Shown: piece after piece, positions 1 to 9,999 of the stretch
Layout of the letters: the number at the start of each line of letters is the position of its first letter
How positions within the stretch are numbered: the first letter of the stretch is position 1
Source: a virus
Lineage: Duplodnaviria; Caudoviricetes
Virus record (IMG/VR): IMGVR_UViG_3300041964_000008
Location: 1-55,704 of that record
DNA: 55,704 nt
Strand: one strand, 5' to 3'
The notes under the pieces: generated by a model
Databases searched by the model: none
The model's input: the letters and a program-made list of their open reading frames with translations, nothing else
What the model was told of the DNA's origin: nothing
Position numbers and translations under genes: made by a program

Positions 1-271
1 GCTTAGCTGTCGTTGGATCGCGAACATCACCCTCGATGATTCGATCGGCCACAAGCACCAGCTTTGATGGGACTGGAGAGCCCGGCGTTATCAAGGCAAT
101 GATCGGCTTCTCCATCATGATGGCCATACCAAGCTCGACGGCGAACTTCACGTCGGTTGGTCCCTTAGGTATCATCGCGAGAACAGCACCAGATTGTTGC
201 ATCCCCGGTACCATCTTCTCTTCTACCTCACGTACCCACTCTTGGACTTCGGAGTCTTCCCAATTGGTCAT
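1..271 (-). CDS. Hypothetical protein, truncated by window edge (MTNWEDSEVQEW...)
   Basis: ATG at 271 preceded by GAAAGGA RBS; frame open to the edge. Confidence 0.7.
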   Translation of the reverse strand, partial: MTNWEDSEVQEWVREVEEKMVPGMQQSGAVLAMIPKGPTDVKFAVELGMAIMMEKPIIALITPGSPVPSKLVLVADRIIEGDVRDPTTAK

Positions 272-299
272 GTTAATCCTTTCGATAGGCGAAAAACGA

Positions 300-317
300 G
301 AGCCCTTGTAGGGGCTC
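300..317 (-). terminator. Cassette hairpin GAGCCCCTACAAGGGCTC with downstream T tract
   Basis: Inverted repeat with the recurring TACAA loop, followed by TCGTTTTT on the minus strand. Confidence 0.7.
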
Positions 318-328
318 CCGCTGAGGTA

Positions 329-601
329 CTACTTCACAACGGTAGGGGACTTCCTGGTGGTCTTGGTCTCTGCTGCCAGTCGGAGCTTCCGCTCGGTTTG
401 CTTCTCGTCGAGCCAGTCGTTGGCCTTCGCCCACTGCCACGACATCGCGCTTCCGGCTGCGGTAGCCGCTGCGAAGAACAGTAGGAACTGCACAGTGGTA
501 CCGACCTTGGAGGCGGTTGTGGTGGGGGGTGAGGTGTAGGCCGCGGTCTCGAGCTCGTAGAAGTCTTCCTTGGGGATGATGACTGAGTTGCTGAGGTCCA
601 T
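329..601 (-). CDS. Small membrane protein (cassette gene)
   Basis: AAGGAG RBS before ATG 601; hydrophobic segment FLLFFAAATAAG; lies between motif and hairpin. Confidence 0.75.
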   Translation of the reverse strand: MDLSNSVIIPKEDFYELETAAYTSPPTTTASKVGTTVQFLLFFAAATAAGSAMSWQWAKANDWLDEKQTERKLRLAAETKTTRKSPTVVK

Positions 602-634
602 TAGGATCTCCTTGCTAGATGTGGATGTTTCTCT

Positions 635-688
635 CATTATGGGGCATGTATAAGGTGCGAAAGCTGTAAGCCCTTGTAGGGGGCTTAC
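635..688 (-). promoter_or_regulatory. Hairpin plus 26-bp conserved motif (TCGCA-N6-ACA-N5-CATAATG)
   Basis: Copy of the 22-fold repeated motif (635-660) with upstream hairpin (668-686). Confidence 0.8.
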
Positions 689-698
689 AACCGTGACG

Positions 699-950
699 CT
701 AGAGTTTGGTGACGACGATACCGTCCTCGTATGTCGCATCGGGGGCCAGGTTCTTTCCGATCGCGTTCAGGTAGTTCAGCTCGAACTGTCCCAGTCGTGT
801 GTTCTCGTTGTAGAACTCTCGCACGATCTCTTCGGTAGAGACTCGGTGCGAAAAGTGCTGTTCACGATTACGACGAATGAGAGGCTCGAGGCGTTCCATC
901 TGCTCGATCATGATCTCGATGGCCCGCATTTGCGGTTGTGAGAGTGGCAT
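699..950 (-). CDS. Hypothetical protein (MPLSQPQMR...)
   Basis: GAAAGG RBS; cassette position. Confidence 0.75.
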   Translation of the reverse strand: MPLSQPQMRAIEIMIEQMERLEPLIRRNREQHFSHRVSTEEIVREFYNENTRLGQFELNYLNAIGKNLAPDATYEDGIVVTKL

Positions 951-973
951 GGGGTTTACCTTTCTATAGATGT

Positions 974-1024
974 CATTATAGGGCGTGTTCTTTGTGCGAA
1001 ACTGAAAGCCCTTGTGGGGGCTTC
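974..1024 (-). promoter_or_regulatory. Hairpin plus 26-bp motif (TCGCA-N6-ACA-N5-TATAATG)
   Basis: Repeat copy. Confidence 0.8.
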
Positions 1025-1035
1025 CAGTAGAAGGG

Positions 1036-1308
1036 TTACTTCTTGACAATCTCGCAGAACTTGTTCTTCTTGGGAGGAGTGACGAACTCGTAGTCACGGT
1101 TGAACATGTTGTCCGGGCACCAGCAGTTGCCAAGCCCAACGACTGTCGGGGCGTTCTTTCCTCCACCGACGTAGATGGCTTCCGGCTGATTGATGATCAG
1201 CCAGTCGCCGTACGTCTGTGAAGGACCGATCGTCGCGAAGCCACCGGGAAGGCAGGCTACTGCGATCGGATAGGTTTCGGGGGTGATTTGGAGGGCCATC
1301 ATCTTCAT
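1036..1308 (-). CDS. Hypothetical protein
   Basis: ORF fills the space between motif and hairpin. Confidence 0.7.
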   Translation of the reverse strand: MKMMALQITPETYPIAVACLPGGFATIGPSQTYGDWLIINQPEAIYVGGGKNAPTVVGLGNCWCPDNMFNRDYEFVTPPKKNKFCEIVKK

Positions 1309-1338
1309 GAGGGTTTCCGTTCGGGTTGAGGGTTATGT

Positions 1339-1387
1339 CATTAGAGGCCCTGTTTTCCTTGCGAAACCGAAAGCCCTTGTGGGGCTC
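1339..1387 (-). promoter_or_regulatory. Hairpin plus 26-bp motif (TCGCA-N6-ACA-N5-TCTAATG)
   Basis: Repeat copy. Confidence 0.8.
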
Positions 1388-1399
1388 ACGGCTGTGAAA

Positions 1400-1648
1400 C
1401 TACTTCTGATGTTTGGCAACTGCTTCTTCAACGAGATCCTTGATCGTCGCGTTCTCTTCCACAAGCTTATTGATGGCTTGCTTCTGAATGATGACCATCG
1501 ACATGATCGATTCCAAGGTCGTGGTAGAGATTGTGGCTTCTCCACCGTATGACTTGGCAATCGTTCCGGCGAGGCCTTCAACCAGCAAGTCAGCACCATG
1601 GCTGAGTTTGTGGATAACTGCGAGGAATTCGGTGTCGTCTCTTGACAT
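1400..1648 (-). CDS. Hypothetical protein, coiled-coil C-terminus
   Basis: GAAAGGA RBS; cassette position. Confidence 0.75.
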   Translation of the reverse strand: MSRDDTEFLAVIHKLSHGADLLVEGLAGTIAKSYGGEATISTTTLESIMSMVIIQKQAINKLVEENATIKDLVEEAVAKHQK

Positions 1649-1670
1649 GATTGTCCTTTCAGATAGGTTT

Positions 1671-1696
1671 CATTAGAGCGCATGTTACCTACGCGA
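1671..1696 (-). promoter_or_regulatory. 26-bp motif (TCGCG-N6-ACA-N5-TCTAATG)
   Basis: Repeat copy without a hairpin. Confidence 0.75.
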
Positions 1697-1933
1697 CTCA
1701 GGAACTTCTCTCAGCATCTGAAAGATGACGTTCTTGATAGTGGACATACCATTAACCAGACGAACTTTTTCAAGCTCCATCTCAAGCTTGTCCACTTCGT
1801 CTTGACTCAACTCGAAGTGAAATTGATAGTTAGGCTTTGGCTGAACTCGCCTAATGGGCTCAAACATTCTCATGGGGTCTCCTAATAGGTGTTGTTGATC
1901 CCTCAAGACGAGGGGCAGAGCCGGGAGAGTCAC
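1685..1933 (-). CDS. Hypothetical protein (start uncertain)
   Basis: ORF track; co-oriented with neighbours. Confidence 0.55.
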   Translation of the reverse strand: MTLPALPLVLRDQQHLLGDPMRMFEPIRRVQPKPNYQFHFELSQDEVDKLEMELEKVRLVNGMSTIKNVIFQMLREVPESRR

Positions 1934-1962
1934 TTCTTAACCCTGCCCCCCGCGTTCAGGGA

Positions 1963-2121
1963 TCAGCCGGTCTTAGAGAACGGCTTCGCCATCTTGTCGG
2001 TAGCTGACTCGAACGGAATCTCAGATGCCGCACGCTTCGAGATGATGAAGCGAACGACAGTTCCGATCATCAGCAGTACTGCGATGCGGACTGCGACGTC
2101 CTTCCAGGTGAGTTCCTTCAT
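1963..2121 (-). CDS. 52-aa membrane peptide (MKELTWKDVAVRIAVLL...)
   Basis: Read manually; start overlaps the upstream stop (ATGA); hydrophobic helix. Confidence 0.65.
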   Translation of the reverse strand: MKELTWKDVAVRIAVLLMIGTVVRFIISKRAASEIPFESATDKMAKPFSKTG

Positions 2122-2327
2122 GAAGTGGAAGGCCTTTCGTCCGTGACCGTCTCGGTCCGCTCGACTGTGGTGGTCTCCATGTCCTCCCGAGAGGTCAGAC
2201 CTTCGGCCGGCTCGGGCTGGGACGAGGTCTCAGTTGCCCGGTCCATGCGCTTGGGGTCCGCAGGGTCCTGGATGTCACCGTGCTTGATGCGCTTGCCTTC
2301 GTACTCGTCTTCCCGGATGGTTTCCAA
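2118..2327 (-). CDS. Hypothetical acidic protein
   Basis: AAAGGAG RBS; ORF track. Confidence 0.55.
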   Translation of the reverse strand: METIREDEYEGKRIKHGDIQDPADPKRMDRATETSSQPEPAEGLTSREDMETTTVERTETVTDERPSTS

Positions 2328-2411
2328 GGTGATCTCCTTTGGGGTTGGGTATCCTGACTGGATACCTCACTGCAAGAGGCAGACCAACACGCTGTCTCTT
2401 ACAGACAAATA

Positions 2412-2606
2412 TCAGTCATGGTACATAATTCGAGCTTCTCCCCCCTTTCCGTGAACTGCCTCTACCTCCATCATGTTCGGACAAATAACAGTGGAGTTGT
2501 ATTCACTCGAGTCCCAGTGGATAACAGCCGTTCCATCTGTGAACTCGACGCCCTCGGCGACAATCTCGTCTGTGAGATTCTGAAGCACGAAACGTCGCAT
2601 AGTCAT
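2412..2606 (-). CDS. Hypothetical protein (AEGVEFTDG motif)
   Basis: Translationally coupled ORF. Confidence 0.7.
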   Translation of the reverse strand: MTMRRFVLQNLTDEIVAEGVEFTDGTAVIHWDSSEYNSTVICPNMMEVEAVHGKGGEARIMYHD

Positions 2607-2911
2607 CAGTCTGTCGCTCTTCGGTTGAACTCGACCTTGGTCTTGACGGGGACCATCTCGAAGCTCTTCTGGAACGACGTGTCAGGATATACCTTGAATC
2701 CTGTGCCGGCGTACAAGATCCAGTCGTTGTGAAAAGCCTTGGTCTGTCTCTCGTTCATGGGGTTGTGCACATCTACCTTGATGTACGAAGCGTGTCCGTC
2801 GTTCTCGACGACCCCACTACACCATTCTGCAACCTCGTCCATGTTCGAGTCTTGCACCTGAATGGCGTCAACGGGAAAGGACTTACGCACATACTTGGTT
2901 GTCTCAATCAT
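2606..2911 (-). CDS. Hypothetical protein, V-[DE]-A-[VI]-Q family, paralog 1
   Basis: YVRKSFPVDAIQ...DWI...F motif shared with 3328-3639 and 5427-5696. Confidence 0.75.
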   Translation of the reverse strand: MIETTKYVRKSFPVDAIQVQDSNMDEVAEWCSGVVENDGHASYIKVDVHNPMNERQTKAFHNDWILYAGTGFKVYPDTSFQKSFEMVPVKTKVEFNRRATD

Positions 2912-3097
2912 GATCCTTCTCTCTTTGAAGATGGGTATAGCTCTAGCACAAGCTCGTTCAGACGCCTCATCGCATCGGTGTATTCAAGAGTCAGAAATTC
3001 CTCCCCGCGGAAAAATATGGCTAGATCTTGAGGAAGCACTGCAACATGGTGCTGTACTTTATCTTCAGTCTCGAATACTAGCTGGAAGAATATCGTC

Positions 3098-3328
3098 TCA
3101 CTCGGATGGGTGTGAATCGCCACCTCGATTACTCGGTTGGTGTCCATAAGACATTCCTTCAATCTCCGATGTGGGCATATGTATAGGGGTGGGTGGGCGG
3201 ACTCGCGTCTGTTCGCGTTGTTTATCCATCTCGAGTTGGTTGCTTCTCTCGAGAGCTTTGGTAAGCTTCTCAATAGCCTTCATGGCATCTCGATCAAGTT
3301 TCATGACCACGACATTACTAGTAGCCAT
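3098..3328 (-). CDS. Hypothetical protein
   Basis: In-frame ATG after AGGAG RBS, coupled to the upstream stop. Confidence 0.55.
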   Translation of the reverse strand: MATSNVVVMKLDRDAMKAIEKLTKALERSNQLEMDKQREQTRVRPPTPIHMPTSEIEGMSYGHQPSNRGGDSHPSE

Positions 3329-3639
3329 CATTCTCCTAGGGGTTCGAAGGTAGCTGCAAACACCTCCTGACACCGAGGGAAGAACTCACCCTTAGTGCCC
3401 TTAATGATCCAATCACCTTGCTTAACGCCATACCAGGTGTCATGGAACTTGTCCCAGACCTCAGCGATAACCTCGGGATCCTCATGATCCATTCGAGTGT
3501 GTACCGGATTGAAGATATACATCGAGACATGTTGCCCATCTCGAGTCACATACTTCCCACAGAACTCTTGCAGTTCTGCGAAATTGTTACCGTCGAATTG
3601 GACGGCTTCAACTTCTAGAGGTCTGTATTTGAATTTCAC
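3328..3639 (-). CDS. Hypothetical protein, V-E-A-V-Q family, paralog 2
   Basis: VEAVQFDG...GDWIIKG.KGEFFP...F..TFE. Confidence 0.8.
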   Translation of the reverse strand: MKFKYRPLEVEAVQFDGNNFAELQEFCGKYVTRDGQHVSMYIFNPVHTRMDHEDPEVIAEVWDKFHDTWYGVKQGDWIIKGTKGEFFPRCQEVFAATFEPLGE

Positions 3640-4154
3640 TCATTCTCCTCATTCTCGAAACTCGGAGTGCGGGTGTCGATCTCGGGTGTTTGGTTCTGGT
3701 CTTGAAGCAAGGACGCATACATCAACTCGAGTTCGTCCTCGTTCAACGTGACGAATATGGACTTGAGGAAGCCCGAGTATCCACCGCCGGCCATGTCGCT
3801 CCACCAGCCGTTGATCATCACGTCGACCTGCTTGATGTCCGCGGCATCTAACAAGGCAATCTCGTCCATACCAAGTTCAGTATGGCTCTTAGAGGTTATT
3901 ACCACACAGCGCGGTGGTCGCCCCTTCTTGTAGTTCAGATTGACTTTGAGATGGTAGTCGCCTTCCTCGTCGTCCTCACGAGGCTTGAGTTGCTTGACGC
4001 GCCATCCCTCATCGATAAGCTTTTTCGCCAGACCGGGTTCGAGAACTACCGAGAAGTTCCGATCTCCTTCGGAGTTGTACTCTCGCTCACGTCCAGCGAA
4101 GTTTCGAAATATGATCCTTGCATCTTGAATCATAAGGCTCTTACTGTCCGGCAT
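3636..4154 (-). CDS. Putative single-stranded DNA-binding protein
   Basis: Beta-rich body (IIFRNFAG, RNFSVVL), acidic C-terminal tail, downstream of the replicase. Confidence 0.6.
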   Translation of the reverse strand: MPDSKSLMIQDARIIFRNFAGREREYNSEGDRNFSVVLEPGLAKKLIDEGWRVKQLKPREDDEEGDYHLKVNLNYKKGRPPRCVVITSKSHTELGMDEIALLDAADIKQVDVMINGWWSDMAGGGYSGFLKSIFVTLNEDELELMYASLLQDQNQTPEIDTRTPSFENEENE

Positions 4155-4305
4155 CTTCATCATCCTCAATAGCTTTGTCATAGTAGACGCTGTAGGGTTC
4201 AAGAACCCCTACAACCTGTCGAACGGCTTTCACAATCTCGTCAGCCTTAGACTGCTCGATACTGTGCCAGCTGATACTCAGATATACCTTCTCGTCTTCG
4301 TCCAT
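4141..4305 (-). CDS. Hypothetical protein
   Basis: Coupled small ORF. Confidence 0.55.
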   Translation of the reverse strand: MDEDEKVYLSISWHSIEQSKADEIVKAVRQVVGVLEPYSVYYDKAIEDDEDAGQ

Positions 4306-5236
4306 CACACACCTACAAGAGCACGCCACGCAGCTCTCTCGGACTCGAGATTCAGCATCTCCTCAGGACCGATGATGCCTGGAAAATCGAACCAGTTGAT
4401 GGCGATGGGCGGAGGTACACCTTGATCCGGTACACCAAGACTAAGCTTGGCTACTTCGCTCTTGAACCAAGCGATTCGACGAGAGCCGTTCGTGTCCCCC
4501 TCAACCGACGGCATACAGAACTCGGGAATGATCCATCCCGAATATATCCCGCCTTGTACATCTGAATGAACTTCTCACTCATCTGACGAGCAGCGTAGGG
4601 ATAGAAGTCATACTTGGCCGGCAGTCCATCCATGTCGATACCCAGCAGGTCCGCGTTGCAGTGGAAGTTCGACGGATTGATCCCCGCAGTCGAGTCCACA
4701 GACCATCCAGACAATGTGTTACACGTCTTAACCTTAGCAATATGCCCGGCATTGCGAAGCCTCACCACAGCTGCGTGAAAGGCGTTCTTGTAAGCAAGCA
4801 TGGCAGGCAGAGATGCACCTTTGCGGTACTTGACATCGGCTTCGTGAATAACCTCCACGGTGTCATTGTCAAGCAGGTTCTTACAAGCCGTAGCAACCTT
4901 CGCATCGGTGATTGTGGAAGTAGGCTTCCATGAGTAATGAATGTGGGATGCGGTCTCTGGACGAATGACGGCAATGGCGAAGTCGCCTGGGATGAACGCA
5001 CGAATGCTGGCCTTCGCACCATACCGAGCAAGAACTCCGGTGACGCCACCCGTAGGCGTCGGACAAGCTCCGATGAAGGTCTTGCGTACCGCCGGCGGTG
5101 GCTGCAGCTTGTCGACGAGTATCTGAAGCCGAGCAACTTCGTTTATCAGAGGTGAGGTTGCTTCGGTTACTCGCTCCTTCGTGTACTGCTCTACCATATG
5201 TCCTACATTGGTAAGCAAGCTGCTCAGATCCGTCAT
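4305..5236 (-). CDS. Putative clan GH-A-like glycoside hydrolase with N-terminal coiled coil (frameshifted near 4540)
   Basis: Joining ORFs 4451-5236 and 4305-4514 gives VIHEAD, DLLGID, WIIPEF and AINWFD in TIM-barrel GH order. Confidence 0.5.
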
Positions 5237-5430
5237 TTACCGATCTCCTCAATTTTGTGTGGGGGTACAAGTTTTTGACAATTGGGACAGAAGTCTGTCT
5301 CATCGACGGGATCATACTTCCAACCCAAGGTCGTCATCCAAGCTCGAGCAGCCATTCGATCGGGCGTGTGCACGTGGTCAAATATGAAGCATCCATCACA
5401 CTCCATCTTGACCACCACAACGGCCGTCAT
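5233..5430 (-). CDS. Small CxxC...CxxC zinc-binding protein
   Basis: CDGC...GW...CPNC. Confidence 0.7.
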   Translation of the reverse strand: MTAVVVVKMECDGCFIFDHVHTPDRMAARAWMTTLGWKYDPVDETDFCPNCQKLVPPHKIEEIGK

Positions 5431-5696
5431 CTGATGCTCTCGTACTGCATGTCGAAGGCCACGGCTCCCGTCACATAGAAATTGCCGTTCACCTTTACGA
5501 CGTACATGCCTTGACTGCAGCGCTTTTTCCCCTCGGGGGTTTTTACGTTCAGCCCCTCGAATATGGTGTCGTGAAGCATGTCCCGTTCTTCTACGACCTG
5601 GCTCTGAGTCCAGTTGGCTACGGCATCGACGTTATCCTGTGTGAGCTGCACAGCCTCAACGAATATGCCATTGCTCTTGTTCATGTATCTCTGCAT
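5427..5696 (-). CDS. Hypothetical protein, V-E-A-V-Q family, paralog 3
   Basis: VEAVQLT...G.YVVK...F...F...YE. Confidence 0.75.
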   Translation of the reverse strand: MQRYMNKSNGIFVEAVQLTQDNVDAVANWTQSQVVEERDMLHDTIFEGLNVKTPEGKKRCSQGMYVVKVNGNFYVTGAVAFDMQYESIR

Positions 5697-5862
5697 GACT
5701 ACCCTTCCGCTACTCGGATAAGCGCCAGCCTTGCCGGACCGTCCACGTAACGACCACAGTCGTCACAGAACAGATACCACATGGGATGGGTAACCGCTCG
5801 CAGAGCCATGTGGGGGCAGCGTCTGCGAGCAGTTATGCCAAACCAACCACGATACGTGTATG

Positions 5863-6138
5863 TCAAGCGTTCCTCCGCTTCTGAATGTAGACCATGGCCT
5901 GATCAGGATTGTTGCAAAGCATGATCGTGTTCTCATCCAGTGCAATGCAAATTTGACCTGATCGAGCTATCTTCCGAGCAAACGTCAAGAGCTCAGCATT
6001 GGGAATGACAACCGTGACCTTTGAGTTCTTGGAAGGTGTCGCCTTCTTACGAGGCTTCTTGGCGACCTTCTTGGCAACCTTCTTGACAGTCTTCTCATCA
6101 AGGCTGCCGGTCTTTTGTACAGCGGTGTCTCTGAGCAT
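5863..6138 (-). CDS. Lysine-rich basic protein
   Basis: GAGGAG RBS; KKVAKKVAKKPRKK tract. Confidence 0.7.
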   Translation of the reverse strand: MLRDTAVQKTGSLDEKTVKKVAKKVAKKPRKKATPSKNSKVTVVIPNAELLTFARKIARSGQICIALDENTIMLCNNPDQAMVYIQKRRNA

Positions 6139-6167
6139 GGATACTCCTCAATAGGTATGCGAAAAGC

Positions 6168-6214
6168 AAGAGCCCGTGTAGGCTCTTCTATTATAGGGCT
6201 TGTTATTTCTACGA
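6168..6214 (-). promoter_or_regulatory. 26-bp motif (6189-6214) directly followed by a hairpin (6168-6187)
   Basis: TCGTA-N6-ACA-N5-TATAATA, then AAGAGCC-TACAC-GGGCTCTT-GCTTTT. Confidence 0.7.
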
Positions 6215-9200
6215 TATGAACCACTCGAAATCGCCGAACTTCTGGATGGTCTTGACGGCCTCATCAGCAAGTCTTTCGAAGTACGACATGTTGATGTTGC
6301 CGACTGCTTTCTCACCCAGCTTTTCGACTACGTCGGCCTCGAGCCACAAATATCCCTTAGTGCCGCTAACAGCGTAGTGCTTGTCATCCACGATGCGATA
6401 GAGTGAGGCACCGTTGGCGCCTTCTCTCACAGGGACAAATCTCCCTGTGCGACCGATGAACTTCAAGCTCTTCTTCTCAGGGACTACGGGCTTGTCATGC
6501 TCGAAGTCAAGATATAGAGCGCCCTTCTGTACTTGCTTCGTCTCACAGAAGTCATCGAATACGACTGGCTCATTGCTGAACAGCTTCTTGTACACAAATG
6601 GGTGCTGGAACTGCGCACCCACTGCTTCCCATTTGCCGTCAGACTTCTTCGCAATATAGACCGCGTCATTCACAAGGCAGAACTTGTCGTAGGTAGCCTC
6701 ATGCTCGAAGTCGTACCCATACTTCTCACCAAAGCGAACCACGAACTCACAGATCTCAGGTGTGGCGTTCGGGATCTTGATGGAGTCTGTCTTGATATGA
6801 GCGACGGTGAAGCCCTCAGCCTGCACAGCGTGCTTGAGATCGATCATGAACAGAGCACCGCGCTTAGCAACGATGTTGTCCTGGTTACGTCGATCTCGGA
6901 AAGGCGTGTCGAACTTCGCACTTGTTAATCCATAAACCGTGTTGATCACAATCTTTAGAGCATACGCAAGAGCCTCGGCATGCGCGGGATCCTCAAGATA
7001 TGGAACCAGCTTTCCGTTAAGCATCTGTCGCGCATTGTTATAGTCTCGATGCTTGATAGCCATACGAGCATTCTTCAGATCAGAGAACTTCGGCGTGTAC
7101 TCGTTTCCGAACAAATTCAGCTGTTCGATGGATGTAGGATGCATGGACGCGATGTCCAATACCGCCACATTTTCGTACATACCAGGCTCAGAATAGACGT
7201 ATCCTCCCTCGCCAGGCTCTTCATCGCGATAGTAACTCTTGCCCAATTCGAACCGATAACCAGGAAAGTCCTTAGCCAAGTTCGTGTACTTGAACTGCGA
7301 TTGAGGGTTTCGATCCTTGCCAAATATGATTCGAGCGGTGTGCTTCTGCGTTGTGTCATTGACTGTCAAACCGCTGAGTTCGGCAAGAATCTGACGCGCG
7401 ATGAAGTCCTGCTTCCGTGCATTGAACGTGGCCTCAGTTGTCTCCACGTCATTCACACAGTACTCAACGACCTTGTCCCACTGGTCCTTTGGAACTGGCT
7501 GATCCCAAGGAATATCGAGCTCCACGTGACGAAGCCCTAGCTCGATCTGGAACTTCTTCAGGCTCTGCTTCTTCGAACTGAAGTCGTAGATATCAGTGTA
7601 GGAGATGTTGAACGCCTCACCGAACAGAGCATTGCGATCGTTGTTGATGATCTTCTGGCTCAGCTTGTACAGTTCCTCATTGCTGTAGCCCATGAATCGA
7701 GCGTAGAGGATATGGTTGTCGTACCGGCGATTGTTGAAGCCGATCAGACGGTAGCCTAGAAGAGGCTCCACGTCCTTACCAGGTGGGTTGATCATCTTCT
7801 GGACTTCAGTCGCACCTTCGTACTTCCAGCACACTACGAAGAGGTTAGGATATACCTCCACGTCAAAGAACACCAAGCGCATGTCCTCTGGACCGTTCTT
7901 GTCCGTCACACCTGGGTGGTAGATCGGATCCTTTTCCATGAGGTCGACAATATCCTTGCCCTGGAACTTCATCTGTTGAACGATCTTCAGGCACTGCAGA
8001 GCCTGGTTGGTGCTGTTGTTCGCGAAAGCCATGATCTTCGGCTTCAAATCTGTCAGGTCATACGAGAGACCATCTTCGTATGCCTCGTCCATGATCTTCT
8101 TGATGAAGTCGATCGAGGACTTTGTCCTGGATGTATCTCCTTTCGAAGATTTCGAGCAATCAGGTCACGCATCCCCTTCTCGCTCTGAATGGTCTTTACA
8201 TCCAGCATCTTCTTCTCCTTCAGGGGGAGTCCGGAGGATATGATTCCAATAGGTACGCCGTTACACTTAGTGAGGTCGACGACGTAGAGAGCTATCTCCT
8301 GTGAAGACCTTAACTTCAATTCCTTCAGAGAAGACATTAGAGAGTCGGTCAACATCTCTTCGTAACGGTAATGGAGATGTACTCCGCTCCCGGACTTACT
8401 AAGCTCGGCGTAAGTAGCGGGCCAGACACTTGCGGCTTCGAGATTCCGTTCAAGGGATTTCTCTCCATCCTCGCCTCTCAGATCAAAGTCAATGACAATA
8501 TGATGTCCGGGACCTTGACGAAGTGCAACTCTGACGTGTCGATATCGTCGAGTCTCGTCTCAACCTCGGACCACTTCTTCTTGGGGGTCTCTGCCTTAGT
8601 GGCCCCCTGGGCCGGCATGTTATCAACTCCCAGTCCAGCAAGGACTCCGTCTGATCTAGTACCAACGAGAAGCTAGGAGCGTCTGCAGACGGTTCCTTGA
8701 ACTTGTTGGCGTTGAAGCCCTCGTAATAACTGCGTACAAGCTTCCCGTCACGACGAGCCCGATCCTTAAACGAATCGAAGTAGTTCCGCAGCTCTTCACG
8801 GAACTTGTACTTAGGCATGATCCGCTCGATGCCTGACTCTCCGCAGTACTCCTTGTACAACGCATAGGCCTGCTCCAACGAGGTACCGTCTTGAGCCTTG
8901 AATATGTCGTAGTAGGCCTCGATGAAGTTGAAGAACACGTCCGTCTGAAGCATCATCTCAAGAGGACGATATGCGTTGTAGTAGTTCTTTCCCATGGATC
9001 GATACACCTCAAGGCAGTGATACGCAATAGCCCCTAGTTGAAAGTCGATCTGCGTCATGAGAGTGTTGAAGTGGTTGTTCGGAATATAAACACCTGTCGG
9101 GTGAACATCTATGAGCCGTCGAATGATGCCCGACTTCGAGTCCGAGATCTTGACAGGTTGGTTGGTACCCATGAAGAGAAATGCATTGACCTTGGCCGTG

Positions 9201-9983
9201 TAACTCGACTTGAACTTCTCGTTCATCGTCATGTCTTCATGAGATATGATCGAGTTCAGCCTCGCGTTGTCCTCAATTCGAGACAGGTCACCGTCATGCT
9301 GAATGGCAGCAATCGGATTTCCCTTGAAGACCTCTGTTGCGACTGGCTGTTGCTACTACCAAGAGCCTTTGCTTCAAACGTCGTGGTATAACCGATGAAC
9401 AGCTTCTCGATGATGCGCAGGATGGTGGACTTGCCTGAGGCAGGAGGACCATACAGAACGATGAACTTCTGAATATCCTTGGCATCTCCTGCAACAATGG
9501 CACCAATAGACCATTCGATCTTGGCACGCTCCTCGACGGAGAAGAGCGTGCCGACAAGCTCATCCCAGCACTGTAGTCACCTGGTTCCAACGCGTAGGGA
9601 AGTCGTCGACTGACGTAGTCGTTCTTCTTCACAGGCGTGTTGGCAAAAGTCAGATTCACATCCAGCTGGTGGCTGTTGTCGCCGATCTGACCTATGAACT
9701 TCTGGAACTGCGCCCAACTCTGTGTTTCATACGAGCGCATGTCCTTGACGTGCAACTTCTGACCTGCATAGACCTCTTTCTGAGATTCTTGATGTAGTTC
9801 CTCATCAATCAGTCGGGCAACGTCGTACTCATCATGTGGACCACAGCCCCTTCTTCTCGTCCCAGATGGCATAGAAGTTTCCCCCTCTAACCATGAGATC
9901 AGTCGATCTTCCGACAGTGAAGCCAGGATATAGTTCAATGATTCCGTTCTTCGTCTCCTAGTTCGAATCTGGTAGAAATCCAT
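6209..9983 (-). CDS. Fused SF3 helicase / AEP primase / family B-like DNA polymerase (about 1250 aa, broken by several apparent indel errors)
   Basis: Walker A GPPASGKST (~9424-9450); AEP HIVIDFDL (~8418-8441) and SKSGSGVHLHY (~8368-8400); Exo FDVE, GFNNRRYD, YCVND; Pol DIASMHP, KIVINTVYG, IKTDS. Confidence 0.8.
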
Positions 9984-9999
9984 CCACACTCCCCTGCTT

